The notes under the pieces were generated by a model, which worked only from the letters and a program-made list of their open reading frames with translations, did not search any database and was not told the DNA's origin. A stretch of 64,000 nt of DNA from an uncultured Eubacteriales bacterium. Lineage in GTDB: Bacteria > Bacillota > Clostridia > TANB77 > CAG-508. Shown here in pieces: positions 42,185-51,915 of this stretch (the first letter of the stretch is position 1; the number at the start of each line of letters is the position of its first letter). The translations under genes were made by a program, and so were the position numbers. The stretch is from positions 34,064-98,063 of the forward strand of contig CAOKHL010000001.1 of NCBI GenBank assembly GCA_948468315.1, in the 5' to 3' direction.

Positions 42185-43030
42185 ATGACAATAAAAGAAG
42201 CTTTAAATCAAGCAGTAATAATGTTAAAAAATGAAAATATAGAAGCACCTAAGAATAAGGCAAGAATGTTATTACAAACAACTTTGAAGAAGCCCAAAGA
42301 ATATTTAATGATATATGATACCAAAGAAATCACCCCAAATGAAAGAGAACAATATATAAAAAATGTAAAAAGATTAATTTCAGGAGAACCACTTCAATAT
42401 ATAACAGGTAAACAAGAATTTATGAAGTTAAATTTTCTTGTAACTAAAGATGTTTTGATACCTAGACAAGATACTGAAATATTAGTGGAAGAAGTAATAA
42501 ATATTGCAAATAATTTTAAAAATCCTGTAATACTAGACCTATGTACAGGAAGTGGTGCAATAGCTATTTCTATTGCAAAATATGTAAAAAATGTGAAAGT
42601 ATATGCTTCAGATATAAGTTCTAAAGCACTTGAAATAGCTAAGAAGAATGCAGAGTTTAATGGAGTTAAAAATAATATCGAGTTTGTAGAATCTAATTTG
42701 TTTTCTAAAATAAAAGATGAGAAATTTGATATAATAGTATCAAATCCACCATATATAGAAACTGATATAATAAAAACATTATCTAAAGATGTACAAAATG
42801 AGCCCAAATTAGCACTTGACGGAGGTAAAGATGGTTTAGATTTTTATAAAAAAATATCAGAAAATGCATATAAATTTTTAAATAGACAAGGATATTTGTG
42901 TTTTGAAATTGGATATAATCAAAAACAATCTGTTTTCAAAATTTTGGAAAATCAGAAAAGGTATATAAATATTTATTGTAAAAAAGATTTGTGTGGAAAT
43001 GATAGAGTGATTGTTGCAAGAATAGGTTAG
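42185..43030 (+). CDS. prmC: Release factor glutamine methyltransferase
   Basis: EPLQYI, VLIPRQDTE, DLCTGSG, SNPPY and ALDGGKDGL motifs. Confidence 0.94.
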   Translation: MTIKEALNQAVIMLKNENIEAPKNKARMLLQTTLKKPKEYLMIYDTKEITPNEREQYIKNVKRLISGEPLQYITGKQEFMKLNFLVTKDVLIPRQDTEILVEEVINIANNFKNPVILDLCTGSGAIAISIAKYVKNVKVYASDISSKALEIAKKNAEFNGVKNNIEFVESNLFSKIKDEKFDIIVSNPPYIETDIIKTLSKDVQNEPKLALDGGKDGLDFYKKISENAYKFLNRQGYLCFEIGYNQKQSVFKILENQKRYINIYCKKDLCGNDRVIVARIG

Positions 43031-43083
43031 TTAGTGAAGAGAAAGAGGCCAGGATCTGTCAAGATTAGATTTTATAAGTTAAT

Positions 43084-43170
43084 AAAAAAAGAGTGGTTGC
43101 AATGAACCACTCATAAAGTCTTCTATTTTGCAGGTACTAATATCAAAGATATTGCACTGCCAAGTTCTAA
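43084..43170 (-). ncRNA. Candidate small RNA downstream of the PemK/MazF-like gene
   Basis: Own TTGACA (43204-43199) and TATAAT (43180-43175) promoter; hairpin gcagtgcaatatc/gatattagtacctgc; then terminator gagtggt/accactc + T7. Confidence 0.45.
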
Positions 43171-43216
43171 CTTTATTATAATATATAATATGCATATTTG
43201 TCAAATGTTATACAGA

Positions 43217-43927
43217 TTATTTTATAAAAAGTTGCTTGATTTTTGAGTCAATTAAATCTAAGGTATTATTTGAAACTCTCAAATTAGCAAGAATATCAGA
43301 AGAAGTTTTAGGATCATATATTCTTTGTTTACTAACTGTAGTAATTTGAGATATTAAAGCAATACTTCCCTTTTTCATTTTTGAGATTTCTTTTTCTATC
43401 TTTTTTATATATTTAAAATCAATATTAAATTGTTCTACTTTTTCAGCAGGTAACTGCCATATATTTTCATACTCTTCAGATAATTTTTTAAACATATTGT
43501 CATAGATTTTCTTTAAATTCAAGTAGATTTCATCTCCTAAATTAAGAGTAGTGCTATTGTATTTCTTATTTTCTTTTATAGAAGTTAATGGAATTACTGT
43601 CAAAGTACCAGATGATAATGCATTAGATTTATCTAGTACAATGCAATAATGTAAACCACCTTCCTCACTTCCAACATTAAAACCTAGATTTACTTTAATT
43701 ATGCTACCACGCTTATATTTTTTCAAAAGTCTGGGATTAAAAGTTTCTTCTGCTAAATTGTATTTTGCGAAATCTTCAAACCAGTATGAAAGTAAGTTTG
43801 CTTTTTTCAAATGATTATTATCTATATGATAAGTTAGTAATGAATCTAACTGATTTAATGCTATTTGTTTATGAGCAACAGTATTTATATATTCTGTTAT
43901 ATTTTCTTTATTTTGCTTGTCTTCCAA
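43217..43927 (-). CDS. PemK/MazF-family toxin-like endoribonuclease (long form); no adjacent protein antitoxin
   Basis: YKRGSIIKVNLGFNVGSEEGGLHYCIVL, VIPLTS and SQITTVSKQRI motifs; probable TTG start after AAGGTGG. Confidence 0.8.
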   Translation of the reverse strand: MEDKQNKENITEYINTVAHKQIALNQLDSLLTYHIDNNHLKKANLLSYWFEDFAKYNLAEETFNPRLLKKYKRGSIIKVNLGFNVGSEEGGLHYCIVLDKSNALSSGTLTVIPLTSIKENKKYNSTTLNLGDEIYLNLKKIYDNMFKKLSEEYENIWQLPAEKVEQFNIDFKYIKKIEKEISKMKKGSIALISQITTVSKQRIYDPKTSSDILANLRVSNNTLDLIDSKIKQLFIK

Positions 43928-44288
43928 TAATAACACCACCTTAAACTATTAACTGTTTCTTATGGTTAACATTATACCAAACAAAAGTTTTTAATGCAAT
44001 AGTTTTTTAGTAATTTATACAATTTTTATTTTATAGTATATATTTGGTTATATTTATGCTAAATTAAACTCTTAAGAAATAAATATTTTTGAGCAAATGT
44101 AAGAGGAATACTATGAGAAATAAGCATGTTTAAATAACCGAATTCATTTATTTTGTAAATTTTTCCATAAATTTATTTTTTTACACTCATCAAAAAAGTA
44201 TAAATCTAATTTTTTTTGCCAAAATAAATTTATATCAATTTTTAATTTTTGATAAAAATTGTGTACAATTAGAAAGGTGGTAGAAAAG

Positions 44289-44738
44289 ATGAAAGTAAGT
44301 GAATGTATGTGTCAAGATGTTTGCTTTGTAAAGCCAGATTGTAAAGTTTATGATGCAGCAAGAATAATGAATGAGAATCATGTAGGATGTATTCCCGTAT
44401 GTGATGATGATAAATGTATAGTAGGACTTTTAACAGATAGAGATATAGTTTTAAGAACAGTTGCATGTGATAAAAATGCAAAAGCAACACCTGTAAGTGA
44501 AATAATGACAACAAATGTATGTACTTGTGGATGTGAAGAAGATGTATGTGAAGCAGAAAATGCAATGGCAAGAAATCAAATAAGAAGAATACCAGTTATT
44601 GATGAAAAAAATAAAATGGTTGGAATTTTAACAATGGGAGATTTAGCTCATCATGGTAAAAAAATAGGAGAGCATAATTTTTCTGCAACAGTAGAAAATA
44701 TATGTGATTGTAAAGGAACAATAAAAAATTGTTGTTAA
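44289..44738 (+). CDS. CBS domain protein
   Basis: VGLLTDRDIVLR and IRRIPV..GILTMGDL motifs. Confidence 0.88.
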   Translation: MKVSECMCQDVCFVKPDCKVYDAARIMNENHVGCIPVCDDDKCIVGLLTDRDIVLRTVACDKNAKATPVSEIMTTNVCTCGCEEDVCEAENAMARNQIRRIPVIDEKNKMVGILTMGDLAHHGKKIGEHNFSATVENICDCKGTIKNCC

Positions 44739-44895
44739 AAAAATGGATAATCTAAATTTGTACAAGAATTTAGAAAAATAAGCATAAAAACGAAACCTCT
44801 TAATATAATTATAATAAAAACGAGATTAAAAGTAGTAAAGCTTGTTTATTACTAATTAATTCGGTAAGTTTTAATTATATTAGGAGGTTTAATTT

Positions 44896-46479
44896 ATGGA
44901 GGTACAAGTAAGCAAAGAAAATATATGTATCAATAAACTAGTAGCAGAAAAAAAGGAATTGGTTTTTGTACATAATGATATGATAGTTCCTGACTCAAAG
45001 CCAGACATTTTAAATACAATAAATATATCAGGAAATGTTTGCATATACAAAAAAGAGATAATGGATGATAAAGTTAAAATAGATGGGAACATAAATACAT
45101 ATATAATGTATTTGCCAGATAGTAAAGATGATAATCTAAGAGCTATAAATTGTAACTTGGATTTTTCAGAAACTATATCCGTTCCAGGAGCAAGAGAAGG
45201 AATGATTTTAACTACAAAATGTGTAATTAGAGATATAGAATGTAAAGTCATAAATGGAAGAAAAATAAGTGTAAAAGCAGGAGTAGAATTTTGTATAAAA
45301 CTTTATTCTAATGAAGATGTAGAAATAATAAACAAAGTGGGTAATATAGAAGATATTCAAGTATTACAAGAAGATTTTAATGTAAATTCTTTAGTTGGAA
45401 ACGGAAGAACATCTGTATATGCAAAAGACACTTTAAATATTGAGCCAAAAGATGAACTTGCTGAGATTTTAAAAGTTGATGTAAACTTGGTAGATAAAGA
45501 TATGAAACTTAGTTATAATAAAGTTTTAGCTAAAGCTGAGCTTGAGATAAAAATGATGTATTTAACAGAAGATAACAGAATTGGAAGGCTAGTTGGAAGA
45601 ATACCAGTAGTAGGATTTATTGATATACAAAATATATCAGAAAATAATATATGTGATGTAAACTATGAGATAAAAAATATGATGTTTAGACCAAACCCAG
45701 TAGAAGAACATTCAATTTATGTGGAAATGGAAATAGAACAAAGTTGTATGGCTTTTGAAAAGAAACAAATAAATCTTATTCAAGATTTATATAGTCCTAC
45801 ATGTAATTTAGAATTCTCACAAAAAAGAATATCATCATCTACTGATAAGACAGAAAGAACAAAGCAGTTTTCTATTAAAGATAAAATACAAATACCAGGG
45901 ATGGAAGAGGGAAATCTTCTAGATATAGAGGCTATACCAAATCTTTCAAATACTAAAATAACAAATTCAAAAATTATATATTCTGGAGATATAAATTTAA
46001 ATTTCATATTTGCAAATGAGAATTCTTTAAATTCAAGAAATGCAAAAATGCCATTTGAAGTATCTGTAGATAATATAGATGGTACAGATGGAATAAATGT
46101 AGAAACAGATTTAGCAATTGGAAGTACTAATTTTGACATAGACTCAAGAGGAGAAGCAACAGGAGAGATTGAGATGGAGGTATCTACAAAGACAAGTAAA
46201 AATGTAAATATGAATATAATAGATAATATAGAAGTAGTAGATGAGTTAAATGAACCAGACGATGAAGATTATGATAGTTTAATTTTATATATTGTAATGC
46301 CAGGAGATACTTTATGGAAAATAGCCAAAAGGTTTAATAGTACAGTTGAAGAATTAGCTAGAATGAATGGAATTGAAGATGAAAATAAACTAGTTGTAGG
46401 TCAAAAAATATATATACCAAAATTTAATTTGGTAAGGAAAGAAAATACTGAAAATGCAAGAGAGCAAATCTTTGTATAA
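44896..46479 (+). CDS. SPOCS (DUF3794) + LysM spore coat assembly protein (SipL-like)
   Basis: VPDSKPDI SPOCS motif; C-terminal LysM (YIVMPGDTLWKIAKRF). Confidence 0.88.
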   Translation: MEVQVSKENICINKLVAEKKELVFVHNDMIVPDSKPDILNTINISGNVCIYKKEIMDDKVKIDGNINTYIMYLPDSKDDNLRAINCNLDFSETISVPGAREGMILTTKCVIRDIECKVINGRKISVKAGVEFCIKLYSNEDVEIINKVGNIEDIQVLQEDFNVNSLVGNGRTSVYAKDTLNIEPKDELAEILKVDVNLVDKDMKLSYNKVLAKAELEIKMMYLTEDNRIGRLVGRIPVVGFIDIQNISENNICDVNYEIKNMMFRPNPVEEHSIYVEMEIEQSCMAFEKKQINLIQDLYSPTCNLEFSQKRISSSTDKTERTKQFSIKDKIQIPGMEEGNLLDIEAIPNLSNTKITNSKIIYSGDINLNFIFANENSLNSRNAKMPFEVSVDNIDGTDGINVETDLAIGSTNFDIDSRGEATGEIEMEVSTKTSKNVNMNIIDNIEVVDELNEPDDEDYDSLILYIVMPGDTLWKIAKRFNSTVEELARMNGIEDENKLVVGQKIYIPKFNLVRKENTENAREQIFV

Positions 46480-47186
46480 AATCTATTCTAGAAATAGGAT
46501 AAAAATTTTTAATCCAAATAGGTATAATAGAGGGGATAAAAAGAAAAATACAAAGATATTATGTATTTTTGTTATAATTATAATAGCAGTGATGACATAT
46601 GTTATAATATATAGGTCAATAGAGCCTATATTTAAAACAATCTGTCTAGATGAAGCACAAGCAATAGCTACTAAAGTAACAAATGAAGAATCTACAAGAG
46701 TTATGGCAAATTACAAATATAATGATATGTTTACAATTGAAAAAGATGAAGCTCGGTAATATACAAATGATAAATGCAAATATTTTTGTTATAGATGAAA
46801 TAACATCTGATATTGCATTATATATTCAAAATGCATTAGAAAAATCTGAAGCTTCAGAAGTAACACTTTCTTTTGGAAGTATTACAGGAATTAAAATTCT
46901 AGCTGGAATGGGACCAGATATAAAAATAAAAGTAACTTCAACAGGTAGAGTAAATACAGATGTTAGAAGTGAATTTATTTCTAAAGGAATAAATCAAACT
47001 ATACATAGAGTATATCTACAAATAGATTGTATAGTAAATATTTTAACACCATTTGAAACAATTGAAAGACAAATAGGAAATCAAGTACTTCTTATTGAAA
47101 ATGTAATTATAGGAAAAATACCAAGTACGTACTATAATTTGGAAGGTATTAATGGAAGTCAAGATTTGTTAGAAGTTATAGAGTAA
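46454..47186 (+). CDS. yunB: Sporulation protein YunB; +1 frameshift at in-frame CGG (46754-46756); ~243 aa
   Basis: TM helix + EPIFKTIC...IEKDEA-CGG-TAA. The +1 frame continues GNIQMINAN...GPDIKIK...SEFISKGINQTIHRVYL...IIGKIPSTY. Confidence 0.88.
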
Positions 47187-47192
47187 TTTTTC

Positions 47193-47236
47193 GTATTGGG
47201 GACAGGTCTTTTCGCGAAAAGACCTGTCCCCAATAC
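47193..47236. repeat. REP-like palindrome, copy 2 (also usable as a bidirectional terminator)
   Basis: gtattggggacaggtctttt-cgcg-aaaagacctgtccccaatac between convergent yunB and deoD. Confidence 0.8.
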
Positions 47237-47241
47237 AAAAT

Positions 47242-47955
47242 TTATATACTATCTAGTGCTAATTCTATCATTCGTGTTAGTCCTTGTTCGCGCTCTTCAG
47301 AAGTAGCATGTTCTTTTTTGAAAATAGAATCCACAACAGTCATTAGACAACTCGCGTTTTTGTTTAATTTTTTAGCAGTATAAATAAGAGCAAAAGCTTC
47401 CATTTCGACAGAGATAGGATTTAAGTCTTTGGGAATTCTTTTATTGTATTCATCAATATTAATAATATATTCGTCAAATATTTCAGAACATATGGTGTTT
47501 CCTGTAATTAAATTTAGTTGTTTTTCTTTTGCAGAATTTATAATTTTATTGTTTAAGGTATCACTAGAATCAATTAAATGGCAATTTTCACTTGCAAATG
47601 TTAAAGCATAATTTCCTTCTGTGTAAACCTGTTTTGCAAGTATAATATCAAATAAGTTAAGCTCTGGAACCATTGCTCCACAAGAACCAATTCTTATAAT
47701 GTTGTCTACATCATAAAATTTAAAAAGTTCATATGAATATATTCCCATACTTGGCATGCCCATACCAGAGGCCATGATAGTTACTTCTTTTCCTTTGTAA
47801 GTACCAGTATATGCATACATTCCTCTTACATCATTTACTAATTTATAATTTTCTAAATATTTTTCTGCAATTAATTTAGCTCTGTTTGGATCTCCTGGCA
47901 TTATAACATTTTTTGCTATGTCTCCAATATTAGCATTATTGTGTGGTGTTCCCAT
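47242..47955 (-). CDS. deoD: Purine-nucleoside phosphorylase (DeoD type)
   Basis: TPHN, MPGDPNRA, GMGMPSMGIY, IRIGSCG and VEMEA motifs. Confidence 0.92.
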   Translation of the reverse strand: MGTPHNNANIGDIAKNVIMPGDPNRAKLIAEKYLENYKLVNDVRGMYAYTGTYKGKEVTIMASGMGMPSMGIYSYELFKFYDVDNIIRIGSCGAMVPELNLFDIILAKQVYTEGNYALTFASENCHLIDSSDTLNNKIINSAKEKQLNLITGNTICSEIFDEYIINIDEYNKRIPKDLNPISVEMEAFALIYTAKKLNKNASCLMTVVDSIFKKEHATSEEREQGLTRMIELALDSI

Positions 47956-48084
47956 AAAAATTCCTCCTTTTTTGTACATTATATCCAAAAGTTAGAAAAT
48001 ATACAAGTAAAAATTTGCGATATTATGTAAAATGTGGTATAATAGGAAAGTACGTAAAAATTTATATTACAGGAGGAAAATAAC

Positions 48085-48558
48085 ATGTACAATGAAGAAA
48101 GAGCTTTTGGGTTTACAACAAGAAATAAAGTGACGTTACTTAAAGCCTATCCAGAAGATATTGGAACAATAATGCGGCTTTTTTCCACTGAAACAGGAAG
48201 AATGAACAGAGAAGACAAAAAGAAAATGAGGTGGGATTGGCTAAAAGAGTTAAAAAAAGAAATAAACGATTTTGATAATTATACATTTATTATTAGAGAT
48301 AAATGTAATAAGGAAATCGGATTGGTAACATCTGAAACTAGAGATAATAAGAGTTGGGAGTACTATATTTGGATTCCGAATTCATGTAAAAGAGTACAAT
48401 ATCAAAATTATATTTGTGAATGTTTGCTAGAATATATAGAAGACTACACAGATATAGAAAGAGTAAATGCAATTGTCTCTTTAGTTAGTTTCAAATCTCA
48501 GACAGCATTAATGCTAAAGAAGAATGTTATCTTCAAAAGAGATGAAAGACTTTTTTAG
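48085..48558 (+). CDS. Hypothetical protein (possibly degenerate GNAT-like fold)
   Basis: AGGAGG RBS, extended -10 promoter and downstream terminator (gagtggcacca/tggtgccact). Contains an in-frame CGG at 48175. Confidence 0.6.
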   Translation: MYNEERAFGFTTRNKVTLLKAYPEDIGTIMRLFSTETGRMNREDKKKMRWDWLKELKKEINDFDNYTFIIRDKCNKEIGLVTSETRDNKSWEYYIWIPNSCKRVQYQNYICECLLEYIEDYTDIERVNAIVSLVSFKSQTALMLKKNVIFKRDERLF

Positions 48559-48842
48559 TAAGAATTTCAGTACACATGTTTTTCCGAGTGGCACCAGAAA
48601 TTTATTGGTGCCACTTTTCATTTTATTTAATAATATTATCTTTAAACAAAAACATATTTGTAAAAAAGTACAAAAAACACTTGCAAAAAAACAAAAAAAA
48701 TATTATAATAATAAACATAGATTAAAAACAAGACCAAATTTCCTAAAAAACATTTAGGAAAAAAAAAACCAAATTTTTGGTAGGTAAGTTTTAATCTTTT
48801 TTTATTTTAATATAAAGGTTTGGTTTTAGAAAAGGAGTAATA

Positions 48843-50450
48843 ATGAACACAAAGTACATATTTGTAACAGGAGGAGTAGTATCAGGATTAGGAAAGGGAA
48901 TAACAGCAGCATCTTTAGGAAGATTACTTAAAAACAGAGGGTATAAAGTAACAATTCAAAAATTTGACCCATATTTAAATGTAGACCCAGGAACAATGAG
49001 TCCATATGAACATGGAGAAGTATTTGTAACAGATGATGGAGCTGAAACAGACTTAGATTTAGGTCATTATGAAAGATTCATAGATGAAAACTTAACAAAA
49101 AATTCAAGTGTAACAATGGGAAAAGTTTATTTATCTGTATTAGAAAAAGAAAGAAGAGGAGATTATCTTGGAAAAACAGTACAAGTAATACCTCATGTTA
49201 CAAATGAAATAAAAGAAAAAATATATAGTTTTGAAGATACAGATGTAGATATAGTAATTACAGAAGTAGGAGGAACAGTCGGTGATATAGAAGGTCTATC
49301 GATTATAGAAGCAATAAGACAAGTAGGTTTAGAAAAAAATAGAGAAGATGTTTTATATATACATGTAACATTACTTCCATATATATCAGGCTCAAATGAA
49401 ATAAAATCAAAACCAACTCAACATTCTGTAAAAGAGCTTCAAAGTTTAGGGATTACACCAAACATATTAGTTTGCAGAACAGAACAAGAAATACCAGATC
49501 CAATAAGAGAAAAATTAGCATTATTTTGTAATGTTCGAAAAACAAGTGTTATACAAAATATGACAGCAGATTGTTTATATGCAGTACCATTAATGCTTGA
49601 AAAAGAAGGACTAGGAAGAGAAACTTGTAATCACTTAAAATTAGACAAGTTTGTACCAGACAACTCAAAATGGGAAGAGATGGTAGAAAATATAAGACAA
49701 ATAAAAAATGATAAAAAAGTAAAAATTGCGATAGTAGGAAAATATGTACAACTTGAAGATTCATATATATCAGTAGTTGAAAGTCTACAACATGCAGGAT
49801 TTGAAAATAAAGTAAAAATAGACATCGAAATGGTAGACTCAGAAGAAATTGTACCTCAAAATGTAAAGACGAAATTATCAAAATATGATGGAATAGTAGT
49901 ACCTGGAGGATTTGGAAACCGTGGAATAGAAGGTATGATAGAAACAATAAAATATGCAAGAGAAAATAATGTACCATTCTTAGGAATATGCCTTGGAATG
50001 CAAATGTCTGTAATAGAATATGCAAGAAATGTATTAGGTTTAACTGATAGCAATTCAGCAGAATTTAGTAACAGTACAAAAAATCCTGTAATTCACATAA
50101 TGGAAAATCAAAAAGAAGTAAAGAAAAAAGGTGGAACAATGCGTCTAGGAAGTTATCCATGTATAATTAAAGAAAATAGTTTAGCAAGTAAATTATATGG
50201 TAATACTAAAATAGATGAAAGACATAGACATAGATTTGAATATAACAATGACTATAAAGAAATGCTAGAAGAAGCTGGACTTATATGTTCTGGAGTATCA
50301 CCAGATGGAAATTTAGTCGAAATTGTTGAAATTCCAAAACATCCATACTTTATAGCAGGACAATTTCATCCAGAACTAAAATCAAGACCAAATAGACCAG
50401 CACCGTTATTTGTAGGATTAATAAAAGCAGCAAAGGAGAGAATGGAATAA
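48843..50450 (+). CDS. pyrG: CTP synthase
   Basis: [42 protein letters not shown] and QFHPE motifs. Confidence 0.97.
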   Translation: MNTKYIFVTGGVVSGLGKGITAASLGRLLKNRGYKVTIQKFDPYLNVDPGTMSPYEHGEVFVTDDGAETDLDLGHYERFIDENLTKNSSVTMGKVYLSVLEKERRGDYLGKTVQVIPHVTNEIKEKIYSFEDTDVDIVITEVGGTVGDIEGLSIIEAIRQVGLEKNREDVLYIHVTLLPYISGSNEIKSKPTQHSVKELQSLGITPNILVCRTEQEIPDPIREKLALFCNVRKTSVIQNMTADCLYAVPLMLEKEGLGRETCNHLKLDKFVPDNSKWEEMVENIRQIKNDKKVKIAIVGKYVQLEDSYISVVESLQHAGFENKVKIDIEMVDSEEIVPQNVKTKLSKYDGIVVPGGFGNRGIEGMIETIKYARENNVPFLGICLGMQMSVIEYARNVLGLTDSNSAEFSNSTKNPVIHIMENQKEVKKKGGTMRLGSYPCIIKENSLASKLYGNTKIDERHRHRFEYNNDYKEMLEEAGLICSGVSPDGNLVEIVEIPKHPYFIAGQFHPELKSRPNRPAPLFVGLIKAAKERME

Positions 50451-50462
50451 AAGGAGTGAAAA

Positions 50463-51284
50463 ATGGAACTTACACTAACACAATATTTTTTATTATTTAT
50501 TATATATGCAGTTTTAGGTTGGGCTTTAGAAGTAACATGTAAATTGATAGAATACAAAAGGTTTATAAATAGGGGATTTTTAATTGGTCCATATTGTCCA
50601 ATATATGGTTGGGGAGCTGTTGCAATTACAATATTACTTAATAGATATGCATATGATCCATTTGTATTATTTTTAATGACAATGTTTACATGTTCAATTT
50701 TAGAATATACAACAAGTTGGATAATGGAAAAACTTTTTAAAGCTAGATGGTGGGATTATAGTAAGCGCAAATTTAATATAGATGGAAGAGTATGTTTAGG
50801 TACAATGGTACCATTTGGATTATTTGGGATGTTTCTCACATATATTTCTAATCCATTTATAATAGGGCTTTTGGATAAAATAGATACAAATACTTTAAAT
50901 ATAATTGCAATTATAATATTTATTATTTATTTAGTAGATAATATAATTTCAACAGTTGTAATTATAGGATTTAGAAAGACGACTGTTCAAATTGGAAAAG
51001 AAGGAAGACAAGATAATACAGAACAAATTACTAAAAAGGTAAGAGAAGTTTTAAATACAAGATCTTGGTTTTACAAAAGACTTATTAATGCCTACCCAAA
51101 ACTTATTGCAATTAAGTCTAAAATAAAGGAAATCAAGGAAGAGGTTAAAGAAAATGCAATAGAAGTAAAAAATACTATAAATGAAAAGGCTCAAGAAGTA
51201 AGAAATACAATAAATGATAAAAAAGAAGAAGTCAAGAATAATTTAAAAGAAAAGTTCTCAGATACTGAAAATAAGAAAGATTAA
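50463..51284 (+). CDS. Putative ABC transporter permease (membrane protein)
   Basis: NRGFLIGPYCPIYG and RWWDYS...NIDGRVC motifs; several TM helices. Confidence 0.85.
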   Translation: MELTLTQYFLLFIIYAVLGWALEVTCKLIEYKRFINRGFLIGPYCPIYGWGAVAITILLNRYAYDPFVLFLMTMFTCSILEYTTSWIMEKLFKARWWDYSKRKFNIDGRVCLGTMVPFGLFGMFLTYISNPFIIGLLDKIDTNTLNIIAIIIFIIYLVDNIISTVVIIGFRKTTVQIGKEGRQDNTEQITKKVREVLNTRSWFYKRLINAYPKLIAIKSKIKEIKEEVKENAIEVKNTINEKAQEVRNTINDKKEEVKNNLKEKFSDTENKKD

Positions 51285-51331
51285 TTTTTAATAGTGTTAG
51301 TAACTAAAAAATAGCATAAAAGTAAATTATG

Positions 51332-51517
51332 CTATTTTTTTTCTTGTTCTAAATTATCTAAGCAGTATTGCAGCATTTGTGTTACTAAATAATTAAAAGA
51401 TATATCCATTTCATCAGCTAATTTTTGAATTTTATTTATCATAGTTTCTTTCAAACGAAGAGTTTTGTTTAAACTTGGTTCTGTTCTTGAAGTTGGTGGT
51501 CGTATCTTAAATCCCAT
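51332..51517 (-). CDS. Small ribbon-helix-helix-like DNA-binding protein
   Basis: AGGAGG RBS; NKTLRLKETMINKIQKLADEMDISFNYLVTQML pattern. Confidence 0.65.
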   Translation of the reverse strand: MGFKIRPPTSRTEPSLNKTLRLKETMINKIQKLADEMDISFNYLVTQMLQYCLDNLEQEKK

Positions 51518-51620
51518 ATTAGTACCTCCTACAAAATATATTATACTTTGTTTAAGTGAAAAAAGATATATTATAAAACATAACTTAAATTGTGATACAT
51601 AAATATAATGCAAAATGAAA

Positions 51621-51811
51621 GTTATAATTCACAGTTATGAAAGTTATATATATTAAAATTTCGTTCCTTACTGGTCGGGCAAACTTTCCAATGAAAATTA
51701 TACATAATTTAAAATCAGTGCTATAAATCACTGTTTAAAATGAGAAAGCCCTCCCAAGCTGCGCGTCACTGCATTTTAATATATATAACTTTCATAACGG
51801 TGAATTATAAC
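51621..51811. repeat. ~190-bp structured element with ~39-bp terminal inverted repeats, copy 1
   Basis: gttataattcacagttatgaaagttatatatattaaaat ... attttaatatatataactttcataacggtgaattataac; homolog at 63701-63895. Confidence 0.88.
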
Positions 51812-51915
51812 AAATAGAAATGTGAAACTTTTGTGAATTAGCAAACAAACCTTGACATTGCTAAAGGCGTATTATATAATAAACCTTACGAAAAAATGAA
51901 AGAAGGTAATAAAAA

